Shown here: positions 48,779 to 58,458 of the stretch, piece by piece
Layout: each line of letters starts with the position of its first letter
How positions within the stretch are numbered: position 1 is the stretch's first letter
NCBI GenBank assembly: GCA_036524915.1
Contig: DATDBI010000324.1
Coordinates: 9,676-73,675 of the forward strand
Reading direction: 5' to 3'
Length of the DNA: 64,000 nucleotides
From: Lysobacter sp.
GTDB taxonomy: Bacteria > Pseudomonadota > Gammaproteobacteria > Xanthomonadales > Xanthomonadaceae
Made by a program: the position numbers and the translations under genes
Notes under the pieces: model-generated
The model's database searches: none
What the model saw: the letters and a program-made list of their open reading frames with translations, nothing else
What the model was told of the DNA's origin: nothing

Positions 48779-50080
48779 CTATGCAGCCACCGGGTCGCGG
48801 CGGAACTTGTACACGACCGCGCCAGCCAGCAGCGCGACTGCCGCGGCCAGCAGGTTGGACATGCTGGCACTGGCGAGCAGGCCCAGGCTGAGCACGATCG
48901 CCGCCAGCGGGATCAGCGGCCCACCCGGGAGCTGCAGCGCACCCTCGTGGTGGCCGTGGCGACGGCTAAGCACCAGCACCGAACACGCCGTGCCGATGTA
49001 GGTGCACAGCCGCGACACCACCGACAGCAGCGCCAGCTGCACGAACGATCCCGACAACGCCAACGCCAGCGAGATCACGCCGATCACCACCACCGCCCGC
49101 GCGGGCGTGTGCAGGCGTGGGTGGATCGCTGCCAATGACCGCGGCCCATAGCCATCGCTGGCCAGCGCCAGCAGGTAACGCGGCGCCATCATCACCGTAT
49201 TGCTGGAGGTGCCGAGGATCGAAATGCTGGCGCCGATAGTCATCAGCAATGCCAGTGTTTCGCCGCTGAAGCCCGCGGCTGCCTGCGCCAGCGGCGTCGA
49301 CGACTGCGCAAGGCCGGGCAGCGTGCCCAGCGCGACCCACTGCACGCTCACATAGACCAGCGTAACCGTGGCAATCATCGTCAGCAATGCGAACGGCACA
49401 TCGCGCCGCGGGTTGCGGTACTCGCCCGCGGCCGCCGGCAGGTTCTCAAAGCCGGCATACGCGAACAGGAGCAGCAGCGCCGCCTCGGCCAGGGTCTTCG
49501 ACGAGATCGGCGCATTGGCCGGCGAGGCCAGTGCGGCATCGACGTGGAAGGCGCCGATCGCGACGAACAGCAGCAGCGGCAGCAGCTTGCCAATCGCCAG
49601 GATGACGCCGGTGCGTGCTGCGGCGCGCACGCCGATGACGTTGATCAGCACCAGCAGGCCGAGCGAACCGACGACGATCGCGATCCGCGGCAGGCCCGAT
49701 GCGGCCGCGGGCCAGTAATGCGTGACCGCTTCCGCCAGGCCATTGCTCAACGCCGCCGCGGTGGCCAGGCGGGTGAGCAGCAGCATCCAGCCGACTTCGA
49801 AACCGATGAACGGCCCGAACGCTTCGCGGGCGTACAGATACCCGCCACCGGGGCCGTCGAAGTAGCTGGCCGCCTGCGCGTAGCACAGCACCAGCAGGCT
49901 GACGGCGAAGCCCGCCAGCAGCACGGCCCAGAGGCTGGCCGGTCCCAGCAGCGCTGCCGCGGCGGCCGGCAGCAGATAGATGCCGCTGCCAATGACGTCG
50001 TTGATCGACAGGCCCACGATCTGCCATCGGCTGACCGCGCGAAGCGTCGTGGTGGGGCGTGCCGTTGCCTGCTGGTCCAA
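48779..50080 (-). CDS. APC family amino acid permease
   Basis: INDVIGSGIYLLP, GGGYLYAREAFG, FAYAGFE...AGEYRNP; start uncertain (TTG 50080 or 50152). Confidence 0.87.
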   Translation of the reverse strand: MDQQATARPTTTLRAVSRWQIVGLSINDVIGSGIYLLPAAAAALLGPASLWAVLLAGFAVSLLVLCYAQAASYFDGPGGGYLYAREAFGPFIGFEVGWMLLLTRLATAAALSNGLAEAVTHYWPAAASGLPRIAIVVGSLGLLVLINVIGVRAAARTGVILAIGKLLPLLLFVAIGAFHVDAALASPANAPISSKTLAEAALLLLFAYAGFENLPAAAGEYRNPRRDVPFALLTMIATVTLVYVSVQWVALGTLPGLAQSSTPLAQAAAGFSGETLALLMTIGASISILGTSSNTVMMAPRYLLALASDGYGPRSLAAIHPRLHTPARAVVVIGVISLALALSGSFVQLALLSVVSRLCTYIGTACSVLVLSRRHGHHEGALQLPGGPLIPLAAIVLSLGLLASASMSNLLAAAVALLAGAVVYKFRRDPVAA

Positions 50081-50150
50081 GGGCGTTGCCTGTGCGGGGG
50101 CGCTGCTGCGCAGAGTGCCTGATGGTGCGCTGCGGTTGCCAACCGGAGGC

Positions 50151-50183
50151 AAAGAAAAAGCCGCCGGCTTGCACCGGCGGCTT
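50151..50183 (-). terminator. intrinsic terminator of the OMP gene
   Basis: Minus strand: AAGCCGCCGG-tgcaag-CCGGCGGCTT followed by a T tract. Confidence 0.85.
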
Positions 50184-50206
50184 CGTCATGTGCCAATCGC
50201 TACGGC

Positions 50207-50740
50207 TCAGAAGTCGTAACGCACCTGGATCTGCGCCAGGTCGAGGTCGGTGTCTTCGATCTCGAAGCGGCTGTACTCGCCGCGCAGGGCGACGTGGTCG
50301 GTGAAGGCGTACTGCACGCCGACGCCATAGGTGGGATCAGTGCCGCTGTCGTCCGAGTTGCCGACGACGCTCGGGATTGCGGTGTCGAGGTCCCAGCGCT
50401 GGAAACCGGCCTTGGCGTAGGCGGAGAACTTGTCGGTGATCGGCACCGTGCCGACCGCGGTCAGGTACACCGAGCTGGCTTCCAGTTCGGCGCCGTTGCC
50501 GCGCGGTTCGAGCTTGCCGAAGTCGGCATAACCGGCCTCGAGGCCGAAATAGCGGTTGAACTGATAACCGCCGAACAGCGAGAACGCGGTGTCCTCGTCG
50601 TCGTAATTGCCTTCGTCCACATAGGACTGGCCGACGCCGGCACCGGCGTAAAAGCCCTTGTCGGCGGCCTGCGCGCCGAATGCGGCGGCACCTGCCAGGA
50701 CGGCGATGAGGGCGCGGGAAAGCATCTTGTTCTTGCTCAT
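50207..50740 (-). CDS. OmpA-like outer membrane beta-barrel protein
   Basis: Signal peptide ending AQA; GFYAGAGVG, FGGYQFNRYFGLEAGY; C-terminal YDF. Confidence 0.88.
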   Translation of the reverse strand: MSKNKMLSRALIAVLAGAAAFGAQAADKGFYAGAGVGQSYVDEGNYDDEDTAFSLFGGYQFNRYFGLEAGYADFGKLEPRGNGAELEASSVYLTAVGTVPITDKFSAYAKAGFQRWDLDTAIPSVVGNSDDSGTDPTYGVGVQYAFTDHVALRGEYSRFEIEDTDLDLAQIQVRYDF

Positions 50741-51178
50741 TGCGGTTCAACTCCTGCAACGGTCACCGCGGCCAATCGGGGGAGGGAGCGGTGGCGTCTG
50801 TGCGACAGGCCCCGGCGGAATGCCTGGGCAGCCATCGCTGCAGGAGATAAGTGGGTCTGCACCCGCGCAGCCCAAGGCCGGAGTCCGGGGATTCACTGTC
50901 CCGTGTCTGGAACACATGCGCCGACGGCAGCCTGCCGCCGCGCGGACTTTTCCGAATCTGGCGAAAAGGTCATTGGCCACCGTGAAATCGCGCAGCTCGC
51001 CATAGGATCGGCAATACCGCGACCGTAAACGTGATGTGCGTCTGGTTGCCGTCGCGGGCATGATCAGGGGGCTGTGACGATTGCCGGATGCGGGCCAGCC
51101 ATGGCCGCGCAACGGCGCCAACTCCCCTGCGATCGATCCCCCATCTTCATACCAAGTCGAAGCTAAGGAGCCGTACGC

Positions 51179-51655
51179 ATGTTTTCAAGGAATCTGGTGT
51201 TGGCGATCGTCCTGGCGAGCTGCAGTTTCGCCATTCCCGCGGCAAAGGCCGCGGACGAAAAGCCGTTCGACACCGTGGCTGTGATGGAAAAGCAGGACCG
51301 TATCCGCCGCGACGTGTCGGCCGGCGCCGCCGGGTTCAGCGATCTGTCCGCCGACAAGCGTCACGAACTGCTGCAACGACAGGACGCGCTGTTCAAGATC
51401 ATCGACGGTCGCCGCTACGAAGACCTGAGCGCCGAAGAGCGCGCCACGGCGTCCGGCGAGATCGCATGGCTCGACTCGGTGGCCCGTCAGGTGGCCGATG
51501 AACGCATGGTCTGTGAGCGCACCAGGAAGTCCGGCACCAACCGCGTCGAGCGCGTCTGCATGACGGCCGCGCAGCAACGCGAAGCGCGGGAAAAGGCCCA
51601 GAAGGCGATGGAAGGCCGACGCATCTCGCCGCAGTACGACACCCCCACTCGCTGA
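51179..51655 (+). CDS. secreted hypothetical protein with C-x(14)-C (CERTRKSGTNRVERVC) motif
   Basis: AAGGAG RBS, signal peptide ending AKA, helical body. Confidence 0.75.
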   Translation: MFSRNLVLAIVLASCSFAIPAAKAADEKPFDTVAVMEKQDRIRRDVSAGAAGFSDLSADKRHELLQRQDALFKIIDGRRYEDLSAEERATASGEIAWLDSVARQVADERMVCERTRKSGTNRVERVCMTAAQQREAREKAQKAMEGRRISPQYDTPTR

Positions 51656-51763
51656 TCGAGCGACGCGATGCCGATGGTTGCCGAGTGTCGCGGACGTTCA
51701 TGATGGCGCTGGCATAGTGACCCTGCCCGTCCCGAAGAGGGCGGCGCGCGGGTCGAGTGTGGC

Positions 51764-51791
51764 GCGAAAGGCGGCTTCGGCCGCCTTTCGC
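51764..51791. terminator. perfect 12-bp hairpin with UUCG tetraloop
   Basis: GCGAAAGGCGGC-TTCG-GCCGCCTTTCGC. Confidence 0.75.
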
Positions 51792-51851
51792 TTAAGGGCG
51801 GAATGCAACGCGTTCGCGGCCGCGCAGCGGGCCATGCGACAATGGCCCACG

Positions 51852-52616
51852 ATGAACGACGCTGTTGACCTCGACCTCGCCAGGCTGCGCCGCAGCTGCG
51901 CGCAATGCTCGCTGCAGCAGTTGTGCCTCCCCGCCGGCATCGACGCGAACGAACTGGTTCGCCTGGACGAAATCGTCAGGCGTCGCCGAACGCTTGCCCG
52001 TGGTGAACGGCTGTTCCGCATTGGTGATCCACTGGCGTCGGTATTTGTCGCCCGCGACGGCGCGTTCAAGACGGTCAGCATCAGCGAGGACGGCGAAGAG
52101 CAGGTCATCGGCTTCCATCTGGCCGGCGAACTCATCGGCCTCGATGCGCTGGGCGAGGGGGCGCACCGCTGCGAAGCGGTCGCCCTGGACAGCGCCAATG
52201 TATGCGACGTGCCCCTGGATCAGCTCAGTGCCGTCGCCGCGCAGCTGCCGTCCTTGCAGCTGCAGCTGCTGCGCGTGATTGGCCACAGCCTCAATCGCGA
52301 CCACGATCATCTGGAAATGCTGGTGCGGCGCCAGGCCAACGAGCGCATCGCACTGTTCCTGCATGGTCTGGGCGAACGCTTCCGCCAGATCGGCCAGTCA
52401 TCGCAGGCCTTCCGTCTGCCGATGAGCCGCGAGGACATCGCCCGCTACCTGGGCCTCGCACTGGAAACGGTCAGTCGCGGCTTCACCCGCTTGCAGGAGG
52501 ACGGGGTGATCGACGTGCATGGCCGGCGCGTGGAGATCCTGGACGGCGCGGCGCTGGAACACCTGGCGCACGGCATCGACAGCGGCGAGACGAAGCGGCA
52601 GAAGACCGCTTCATAA
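51852..52616 (+). CDS. fnr: FNR/Anr oxygen-sensing transcription factor
   Basis: N-terminal CAQCSLQQLC and central VCDVP cysteines; MSREDIARYLGLALETVSR HTH. Confidence 0.93.
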   Translation: MNDAVDLDLARLRRSCAQCSLQQLCLPAGIDANELVRLDEIVRRRRTLARGERLFRIGDPLASVFVARDGAFKTVSISEDGEEQVIGFHLAGELIGLDALGEGAHRCEAVALDSANVCDVPLDQLSAVAAQLPSLQLQLLRVIGHSLNRDHDHLEMLVRRQANERIALFLHGLGERFRQIGQSSQAFRLPMSREDIARYLGLALETVSRGFTRLQEDGVIDVHGRRVEILDGAALEHLAHGIDSGETKRQKTAS

Positions 52617-52641
52617 CGCGCCACAACATCCCAAGTCGTGC

Positions 52642-53364
52642 TCAGGCAGGCAGGCTGCCGCAGCCCAGTGCCGCCAGCAGCGCATGCATCGCCGGCACCT
52701 GCATCAGCCATGGCGCCGCCAGTGTCAGCACGCCGGCGGCCAGCACCAGCGCGGCGGCGGCATTGCGCCAGCGCGTCTGCAGCCAGCGCCCCAGGCGCGC
52801 GCCGCTCACGGTCAGCGGCAGCATCACGGGCAACGTGCCCAGTCCGAACGCGGCCATGGTCAGTGCACCGTTGAGGGCACTTGCCTGCAGCCACGCCGCG
52901 ACCAGCAACGTCGTGCTCAGCCCACACGGAAGCCAGCCCCACAGCAGCGCCAGACCCAGCCGGCGCGCGCGCGTGTCCGCAGGCAGCAAGCGCTGCTGCA
53001 GTGGACGCAACACCTGCCACAGCCGGTTGCCCGGTCGGGACAGGAACGCCAGGCGGCCGTGTCGATCGAACAGGCGCAATGCGACAATCACAAGCACCAG
53101 GCCGACCAGCATGCGCAGGCCCACCGCCAGGCCTTCGATCCGCGCGACGATGACGATGCCGTGGCCCAGTCCGCCGGCGATCGCGCCCGCAATCACGTAG
53201 CCAGCCACGCGGCCGAGGTTGGCTTCCAGCGCGATCCGTCCCGGGTGGCCGGTCGAGGTTGCCGAGAAACCGGTGGCGATACCGCCGCACATCGCGGCGC
53301 AGTGCACGCCGCCTAGCAGGCCGCTGAGCAGGGCTGCGCCGAGGGTGAGCCAGTCAATCGGCAT
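52642..53364 (-). CDS. sulfite exporter TauE/SafE (DsbD_2)-family cbb3-associated protein
   Basis: HCAAMCGG, WGWLPCGL and FGLGTLP motifs; follows ccoS. Confidence 0.85.
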   Translation of the reverse strand: MPIDWLTLGAALLSGLLGGVHCAAMCGGIATGFSATSTGHPGRIALEANLGRVAGYVIAGAIAGGLGHGIVIVARIEGLAVGLRMLVGLVLVIVALRLFDRHGRLAFLSRPGNRLWQVLRPLQQRLLPADTRARRLGLALLWGWLPCGLSTTLLVAAWLQASALNGALTMAAFGLGTLPVMLPLTVSGARLGRWLQTRWRNAAAALVLAAGVLTLAAPWLMQVPAMHALLAALGCGSLPA

Positions 53365-53551
53365 CCGCGCCTTCCCGCTGCTGTGGAACGTCCGCTGCCG
53401 GCGGAGCTGGAGTCGGGTCCTCGCGCAGGATGTCGATCGCCGGCGTGTCGAGATCGTCGAACTGCCCACGCCGAACCGCCCACACGAACGCCCAGATCGC
53501 GACGCCCAGCAGGACCAGGCTTATCGGCACCAGCAGAAGCAGGATGGTCAT
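53354..53551 (-). CDS. ccoS: cbb3 oxidase maturation protein CcoS
   Basis: LLVPISL...FVWAVRRGQFDDLD motif. Confidence 0.93.
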   Translation of the reverse strand: MTILLLLVPISLVLLGVAIWAFVWAVRRGQFDDLDTPAIDILREDPTPAPPAADVPQQREGADAD

Positions 53552-56004
53552 GGCCGCGCCGTCCGCGCAGTGGCCGTGATCAGCGTCGTCTCAGGTAGGC
53601 GCCGTCCAAGCCGCAATGCATTCAATGTGACCAGCAGCGACGACAGTGCCATGCCGACGGCCGCGATCCACGGCGTGACGTGCCCCGTCGCGGCCAGCGG
53701 CAGGGCCAGCAGGTTGTAGCCAAGCGCCCACGCCAGGTTCTGGCGGACGATCGTACGTGTACGCCGTGCCAGTGTTATCGCCTGGGGTATGCGCAGCAGC
53801 GAAGGGCTGGTGACGACGAAGTCGGCAACACGTTGTGCCAGCGCCGCGCCTTCGGACATCGCAATCGAGACATCCGCACCGGCAAGCACGGGTGCATCGT
53901 TGAGACCATCTCCCACCATGGCGACGATGTCGCCATTGGCCTGCAGTTCGCGCACGTGCGCGAGCTTCTGCTCGGGCGTCTGCCGTGAGCGCACCGCCTC
54001 GATGCCAATCCCGGCGGCAAATCGCCGCACCGTGGCATGCGCGTCGCCGCTGCACAGTTCGACGATCAGTCCCTGCTCCTGCAATGCGGTCACCGCTCCA
54101 TGCGCGTCCTCGCGCCGGGCTTCGCTGACGGTGAAGCGGGCAACGGCAATGCCGTCATGGCCAAGCCAGAGCGCGCCGTCGTCCTCGCCATTGGCGGCGA
54201 ACTCCGCGCGACCCAGGCGCCAGCTGCGACCATCGATCCTGCCTTCGATGCCGTGGCCGGGGACGCTGCGCAGCTGCTCCGCGCGATGGCTGCTGTCGAT
54301 ATCGGCGAAGGCATGGGCCAGCGGGTGGCCGCTGTCGCGTTCCAGGGCCGCGGCTATCGCGAGGGCGTCATCGGGATCGGTGCCGTTGAAGATGCCGACC
54401 GTGTCCAGTTGCGGGCGGCCATTGCTGAGCGTGCCGGTCTTGTCGAATACGACGCGGTTGACCCGCGCCAGCGTCGACAGTGCATCGCCGCGCAGGCCGA
54501 GCACGCCCATCCGTGCCAGCGCGCCGTGCGCGGCCGTCAATGCCGTCGGAATCGCCAGCGAGAGTGCGCATGGGCAGCTCACCACCAGCAGTGCCAGCGT
54601 CACTTCGAGCGCCCGCGCAGGGTCGTGCTGGTGCCACCAGGCGTACACCGCCAGTGCGCATGGCACGAGCACCAGCACGAAGCCGCTGGCAATGCGATCG
54701 GCAACGCGGGCCAATGCCGGTCGTTCGCCCTGTGCCTGTTCGACCAGTCGGGTCAGTTGCGACAACCGCGTGTCGTTGCCAATCCGCGACACGCGGATGC
54801 GCGCCGGCTGCTCGCGGCAGATGCTGCCGGCCAACGCGGTCGCGCCGGGCTGGCGTTGCACCGGTGCCGACTCGCCGGTGATGAGCGCCTCGTCGAATGC
54901 GGAGGCGTGGTCGAGCAGGACACCGTCGGCCGGTACCGACTCGCCCGATGCAACCCGCACGACGTCGCCGATCGCCAACTCGACCAGTGCAACCTGCTCG
55001 CGCGTACCGTCGCCACGTTCGCGCGTGGCCAGCGCCGGGCGCGCGCGCGCCAACGCATCCACCTGCGCGCTTGCCAGGCCCCGCGCGCGCTGCTCGAACA
55101 TGCGTGCCACCAGCAACAGCAGCACGAACATCACCGCCGCGTCGTACCAGACATGGGCGCCGCCGCGGACGGTCTCCATCAGGCTGGCGAAGTAGGCCAG
55201 CAGCGTCGATGACGCAATCAGCGTGTCCATGCCCAGGCGGTGTCCACGCAGCTCGCGCCACATGCCCTCCAGGAATGGCCAGCCCGAGAAGAACACCACC
55301 GGTGTCGCCACCAGGAAGGTGATCCAGCGGAAGAAGTCGCGCGTAGCCAGCGGCATCTGCCCGGCGGTGTCGAGATACAGCGCCTCGGCGAACATCATCG
55401 CCTGCACCGCGCCCAGCCCGGCCACGCCCAGCCGGATCAGCCAGCGTCGGCGTTCCTGGCGATGCGCCTGCTCGCGCGCCTCGCCGGTCGCGAGCCACGG
55501 CCGGTAACCCAGGGCATTGAGGCGCGACATCAGCGTCGACAGCGCGACCTTCTGCGGATCCCAGCTGACCACGATGCGTCCGGTCACGGCGTTGGCGCCG
55601 GCATCGAGCACACCGGGCACTCGCCTCAACGCGCGGTCGACCAGCCACGCACACGCGGCGCAACGCATCGCGTCGGTGAGTACGGTGATCTCGAGCCCGC
55701 CCGGCACGCTGCGGCTGTGCTCGGCCAGCACCACGTCGCGGTCCCAGCCGGCGAAGTCGGCGGCATCGGCATCCACCCGGCCCGCAGGTACGGTGCGCAG
55801 GCGGTAGTAGTCCTCGAGTGCGGCCTGCTGGATCCAGCTCGACGCCGCGGCGCATCCGTTGCAGCAGAAGAGGTCGGCGCCACTGGTTACGCTGCACTGG
55901 GCAGTCAGCGCCTCGCCACAGTGATGACACACGCCGGCGACGACGCCTGCGCGGTCATCGGCAGCATGGTTGCGCGAGGCCAGTGCGGTCCGGGTGACGC
56001 TCAT
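53548..56004 (-). CDS. ccoI: Cu-translocating P1B ATPase CcoI
   Basis: CHHC/FCCNGC N-terminal domain, CAAC HMA, TGES, CPC, DKTGT and GDGLND motifs. Confidence 0.92.
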   Translation of the reverse strand: MSVTRTALASRNHAADDRAGVVAGVCHHCGEALTAQCSVTSGADLFCCNGCAAASSWIQQAALEDYYRLRTVPAGRVDADAADFAGWDRDVVLAEHSRSVPGGLEITVLTDAMRCAACAWLVDRALRRVPGVLDAGANAVTGRIVVSWDPQKVALSTLMSRLNALGYRPWLATGEAREQAHRQERRRWLIRLGVAGLGAVQAMMFAEALYLDTAGQMPLATRDFFRWITFLVATPVVFFSGWPFLEGMWRELRGHRLGMDTLIASSTLLAYFASLMETVRGGAHVWYDAAVMFVLLLLVARMFEQRARGLASAQVDALARARPALATRERGDGTREQVALVELAIGDVVRVASGESVPADGVLLDHASAFDEALITGESAPVQRQPGATALAGSICREQPARIRVSRIGNDTRLSQLTRLVEQAQGERPALARVADRIASGFVLVLVPCALAVYAWWHQHDPARALEVTLALLVVSCPCALSLAIPTALTAAHGALARMGVLGLRGDALSTLARVNRVVFDKTGTLSNGRPQLDTVGIFNGTDPDDALAIAAALERDSGHPLAHAFADIDSSHRAEQLRSVPGHGIEGRIDGRSWRLGRAEFAANGEDDGALWLGHDGIAVARFTVSEARREDAHGAVTALQEQGLIVELCSGDAHATVRRFAAGIGIEAVRSRQTPEQKLAHVRELQANGDIVAMVGDGLNDAPVLAGADVSIAMSEGAALAQRVADFVVTSPSLLRIPQAITLARRTRTIVRQNLAWALGYNLLALPLAATGHVTPWIAAVGMALSSLLVTLNALRLGRRLPETTLITATARTARP

Positions 56005-56054
56005 GCGTACATCATCCCCCAATCATCGCCCTGCATCGAACACGCTGCGTGCGA

Positions 56055-56582
56055 TCACTCGTCCGCCAGTGCCGGCCCAAGGTGCGCGGCGCGCTGTCCG
56101 GCCACCAGCCGCCCACGCAGGCGCCAGGCCTGGTCGGCCGGGGACAGCTGCAGCAGCCAGTCATGCACGGACGATGGCTCGAGGCTGGCGCGCCAGCCAA
56201 GTTCGCTCGGGGCAAGCGTGACGGTCTTGTCCTTTGCCGCCTCGCTCGGGTGCGACAGGATCAGCGTGAGCGGCTCGTCGCGGCGCACGCTGCCATCGGC
56301 GAATCCGCCGCCGACCGGCAGCAGTTCGATCATATCCTTGTCGACCCGCAGTACCGCCGACAGCTTCAACTCGCGGGCACGGGCATCCGGTCCGAGCTCG
56401 CTGACCTGGATCTGCGCGGTCCGGTGGACGGTGTCGATCACCGCATCGTTGCTGCCGCTGCGCACCGCGACCACCAGCAGGGCGATGCCTGCCGCCACCG
56501 ATGCGATCGGCAGGCCGAGCACCAGCCACATGATCGGCATGCGCAGCGGACCGCCCGGCTCGACATCGCTGCGTGTCATCAC
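56055..56582 (-). CDS. ccoH: CcoH/FixH family protein
   Basis: PIMWLVLGLP single TM, W-L-G-L C-terminus; lies between ccoG and ccoI. Confidence 0.8.
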   Translation of the reverse strand: MMTRSDVEPGGPLRMPIMWLVLGLPIASVAAGIALLVVAVRSGSNDAVIDTVHRTAQIQVSELGPDARARELKLSAVLRVDKDMIELLPVGGGFADGSVRRDEPLTLILSHPSEAAKDKTVTLAPSELGWRASLEPSSVHDWLLQLSPADQAWRLRGRLVAGQRAAHLGPALADE

Positions 56583-58126
56583 ATCGGCCCGAAGAAGGTG
56601 GAGGGAACGTCGGCCTGCGCCGCGCCATCAGCGCGCTGTACCTTGAAGGTGATCTCCTGCTTGCCGCGCACATCCTTCGGCGACGACAGGGTCAGCGGCA
56701 AGTTGAGCACCTGCTCGGCCGGCGCGTCGATCACCTGATCGCCGCCTGCCAGGGTGATGCCTGCCGGCGCCTGCAGGGTCAGGCGGAACTGCTGCGCCTT
56801 GACGTCCTTGTTGACCAGCTTGAGGGTGTAGCCGTTCTCGATGCGGCCGTCGCCGATCTCGCGATAGAGCGCATTGCGGTCGCGCAGCACTTCGGCGATC
56901 AGCGGGCTGCGATTGCCCACGCCCCATGCCCAGCCCACGCACAGCGCGAGCAGCAGCAGGCCATAAACGAACACCCGCGGACGCAGCACGCGCGTGGGCT
57001 TGCCGTCGATCGCATTCTGCGTGGCGTAGCGGATGAGCCCCTTCGGGTAGCCCATCTTGTCCATGACCTCGTCGCAGGCGTCGATGCAGGCGCCGCAGGC
57101 GATGCACTCGTACTGCAGGCCATTGCGGATGTCGATGCCGGTCGGGCAGACCTGCACGCAGATCGTGCAGTCGATGCAGTCGCCCAGTTCTTCCGGCGCG
57201 AACTTCGGCAGCGGCGCGGCGGCAAGGCCGACGTCGGTGACGGCGGTGGTCCCCGCCGCCGCCACGGCATGATGGGAATGATGGGCGGCCCGGAACACAT
57301 AGTCGTAAGCCGCAGCGGGGTCGAGCAGGCCGCGCGCGCGCTCCAGCACGCTTGCCATGCCGCGCTTGCGCGGGCCGCGCGGCTCACCGCGCATCGGGTC
57401 GTAAGCGATGATCAGCGTGTTGCGGTCGAACATCGCGCTCTGGAAGCGCGCATACGGGCACATGTACTTGCACACCTGCTCGCGCAGGAAGCCGGCATTG
57501 CCCCAGGTGGCCAGCGCATAGAACAGCACCCAGAACAGCTCCCAGTTGCCCCAGCCAGGGGCGGCGCCCACCAGCGGCGTGCGCGCGGCCAGGTCGGTGA
57601 TCGGGGTGAAGAAGCCGACGAAGGTGAAACCGGTCCACAGCGCGAACACCAGCCACAGCAGGTGCTTGCTGCCCTTGCGCAGGACCTTGTTGCGATTCCA
57701 CGGGCCGGCATCGAGCTTCATCCGCGCGTTGCGGTCGCCCTCGGTCCATTGCTCCATCCACAGGAACACTTCGGTCCACACCGTCTGCGGGCAGGCATAG
57801 CCGCACCACAGGCGACCGGCGAGGGCGGTGAAGAAGAACAGGGCGAAGCCGGCAATGACCAGCAGCATCGCCAGGAACACGAAGTCCTGCGGCCAGAAGT
57901 TCAACCCGAACACATAGAACTTGCGCGCCGGCAGGTCGAACAGCACCGCCTGGCGGCCATCCCAGCGCAGCCACGGGAACACGTAGAACATTCCCAGCAG
58001 CACCACCACCGCGATCTTGCGCCAGGTCTGGAAACGGCCGTCGACGTCGCGCGGGTAGATCTTGCGTTCGCTTACGTAAAGCGCGCTGCCGTCATCCAGC
58101 AGGTCGAGTGGGATTTTCCTGGTCAT
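56579..58126 (-). CDS. ccoG: CcoG/FixG polyferredoxin membrane protein
   Basis: GRLWCGYACPQTVW, CKYMCPYARFQ, CIDCTICVQVCPTGIDIR and CIACGACIDAC motifs. Confidence 0.95.
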   Translation of the reverse strand: MTRKIPLDLLDDGSALYVSERKIYPRDVDGRFQTWRKIAVVVLLGMFYVFPWLRWDGRQAVLFDLPARKFYVFGLNFWPQDFVFLAMLLVIAGFALFFFTALAGRLWCGYACPQTVWTEVFLWMEQWTEGDRNARMKLDAGPWNRNKVLRKGSKHLLWLVFALWTGFTFVGFFTPITDLAARTPLVGAAPGWGNWELFWVLFYALATWGNAGFLREQVCKYMCPYARFQSAMFDRNTLIIAYDPMRGEPRGPRKRGMASVLERARGLLDPAAAYDYVFRAAHHSHHAVAAAGTTAVTDVGLAAAPLPKFAPEELGDCIDCTICVQVCPTGIDIRNGLQYECIACGACIDACDEVMDKMGYPKGLIRYATQNAIDGKPTRVLRPRVFVYGLLLLALCVGWAWGVGNRSPLIAEVLRDRNALYREIGDGRIENGYTLKLVNKDVKAQQFRLTLQAPAGITLAGGDQVIDAPAEQVLNLPLTLSSPKDVRGKQEITFKVQRADGAAQADVPSTFFGPM

Positions 58127-58157
58127 GCGGACTGCTCTGGCGGATTACTCGACGGAC

Positions 58158-58454
58158 TCATTCCGGCGGCAACGGCCGGTTGAAGCGGCTGGCGGGTCGC
58201 AGCAGGATCCAGGTGAACGCGCTGGAGGCGGCGGTGGCCAGCCAGAACATGAAGAAGGCGATGCTGTAGCCGAGCGTGCGGGTCAGTGGCAGCTCGGGGA
58301 ATGTCATGTCGCGCAGTGCCAGCGGATCGACGAAGGCGAAGAACACCATCGTCATCACCGCGGCCGAGAAGAAGCTCGGCCACAGGATCGCCCCGAGCCG
58401 CTGCGCGAGCGGTCGGGGCGGATGATCGAAACGCGGGACGGTGTAGTCGGGCAT
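58158..58454 (-). CDS. small 2-TM membrane protein within the cco operon
   Basis: ILWPSF...FFAFVDP...GYSIAFFMFW; tightly packed between ccoP and ccoG. Confidence 0.8.
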   Translation of the reverse strand: MPDYTVPRFDHPPRPLAQRLGAILWPSFFSAAVMTMVFFAFVDPLALRDMTFPELPLTRTLGYSIAFFMFWLATAASSAFTWILLRPASRFNRPLPPE

Positions 58455-58458
58455 GTCG

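Noticed and set aside
50741-51178. Long divergent intergenic region as a possible sRNA or Clp/CRP site
   Set aside because: Only isolated (T)GTGA half-sites; no convincing palindrome, terminator or RBS-led ORF.
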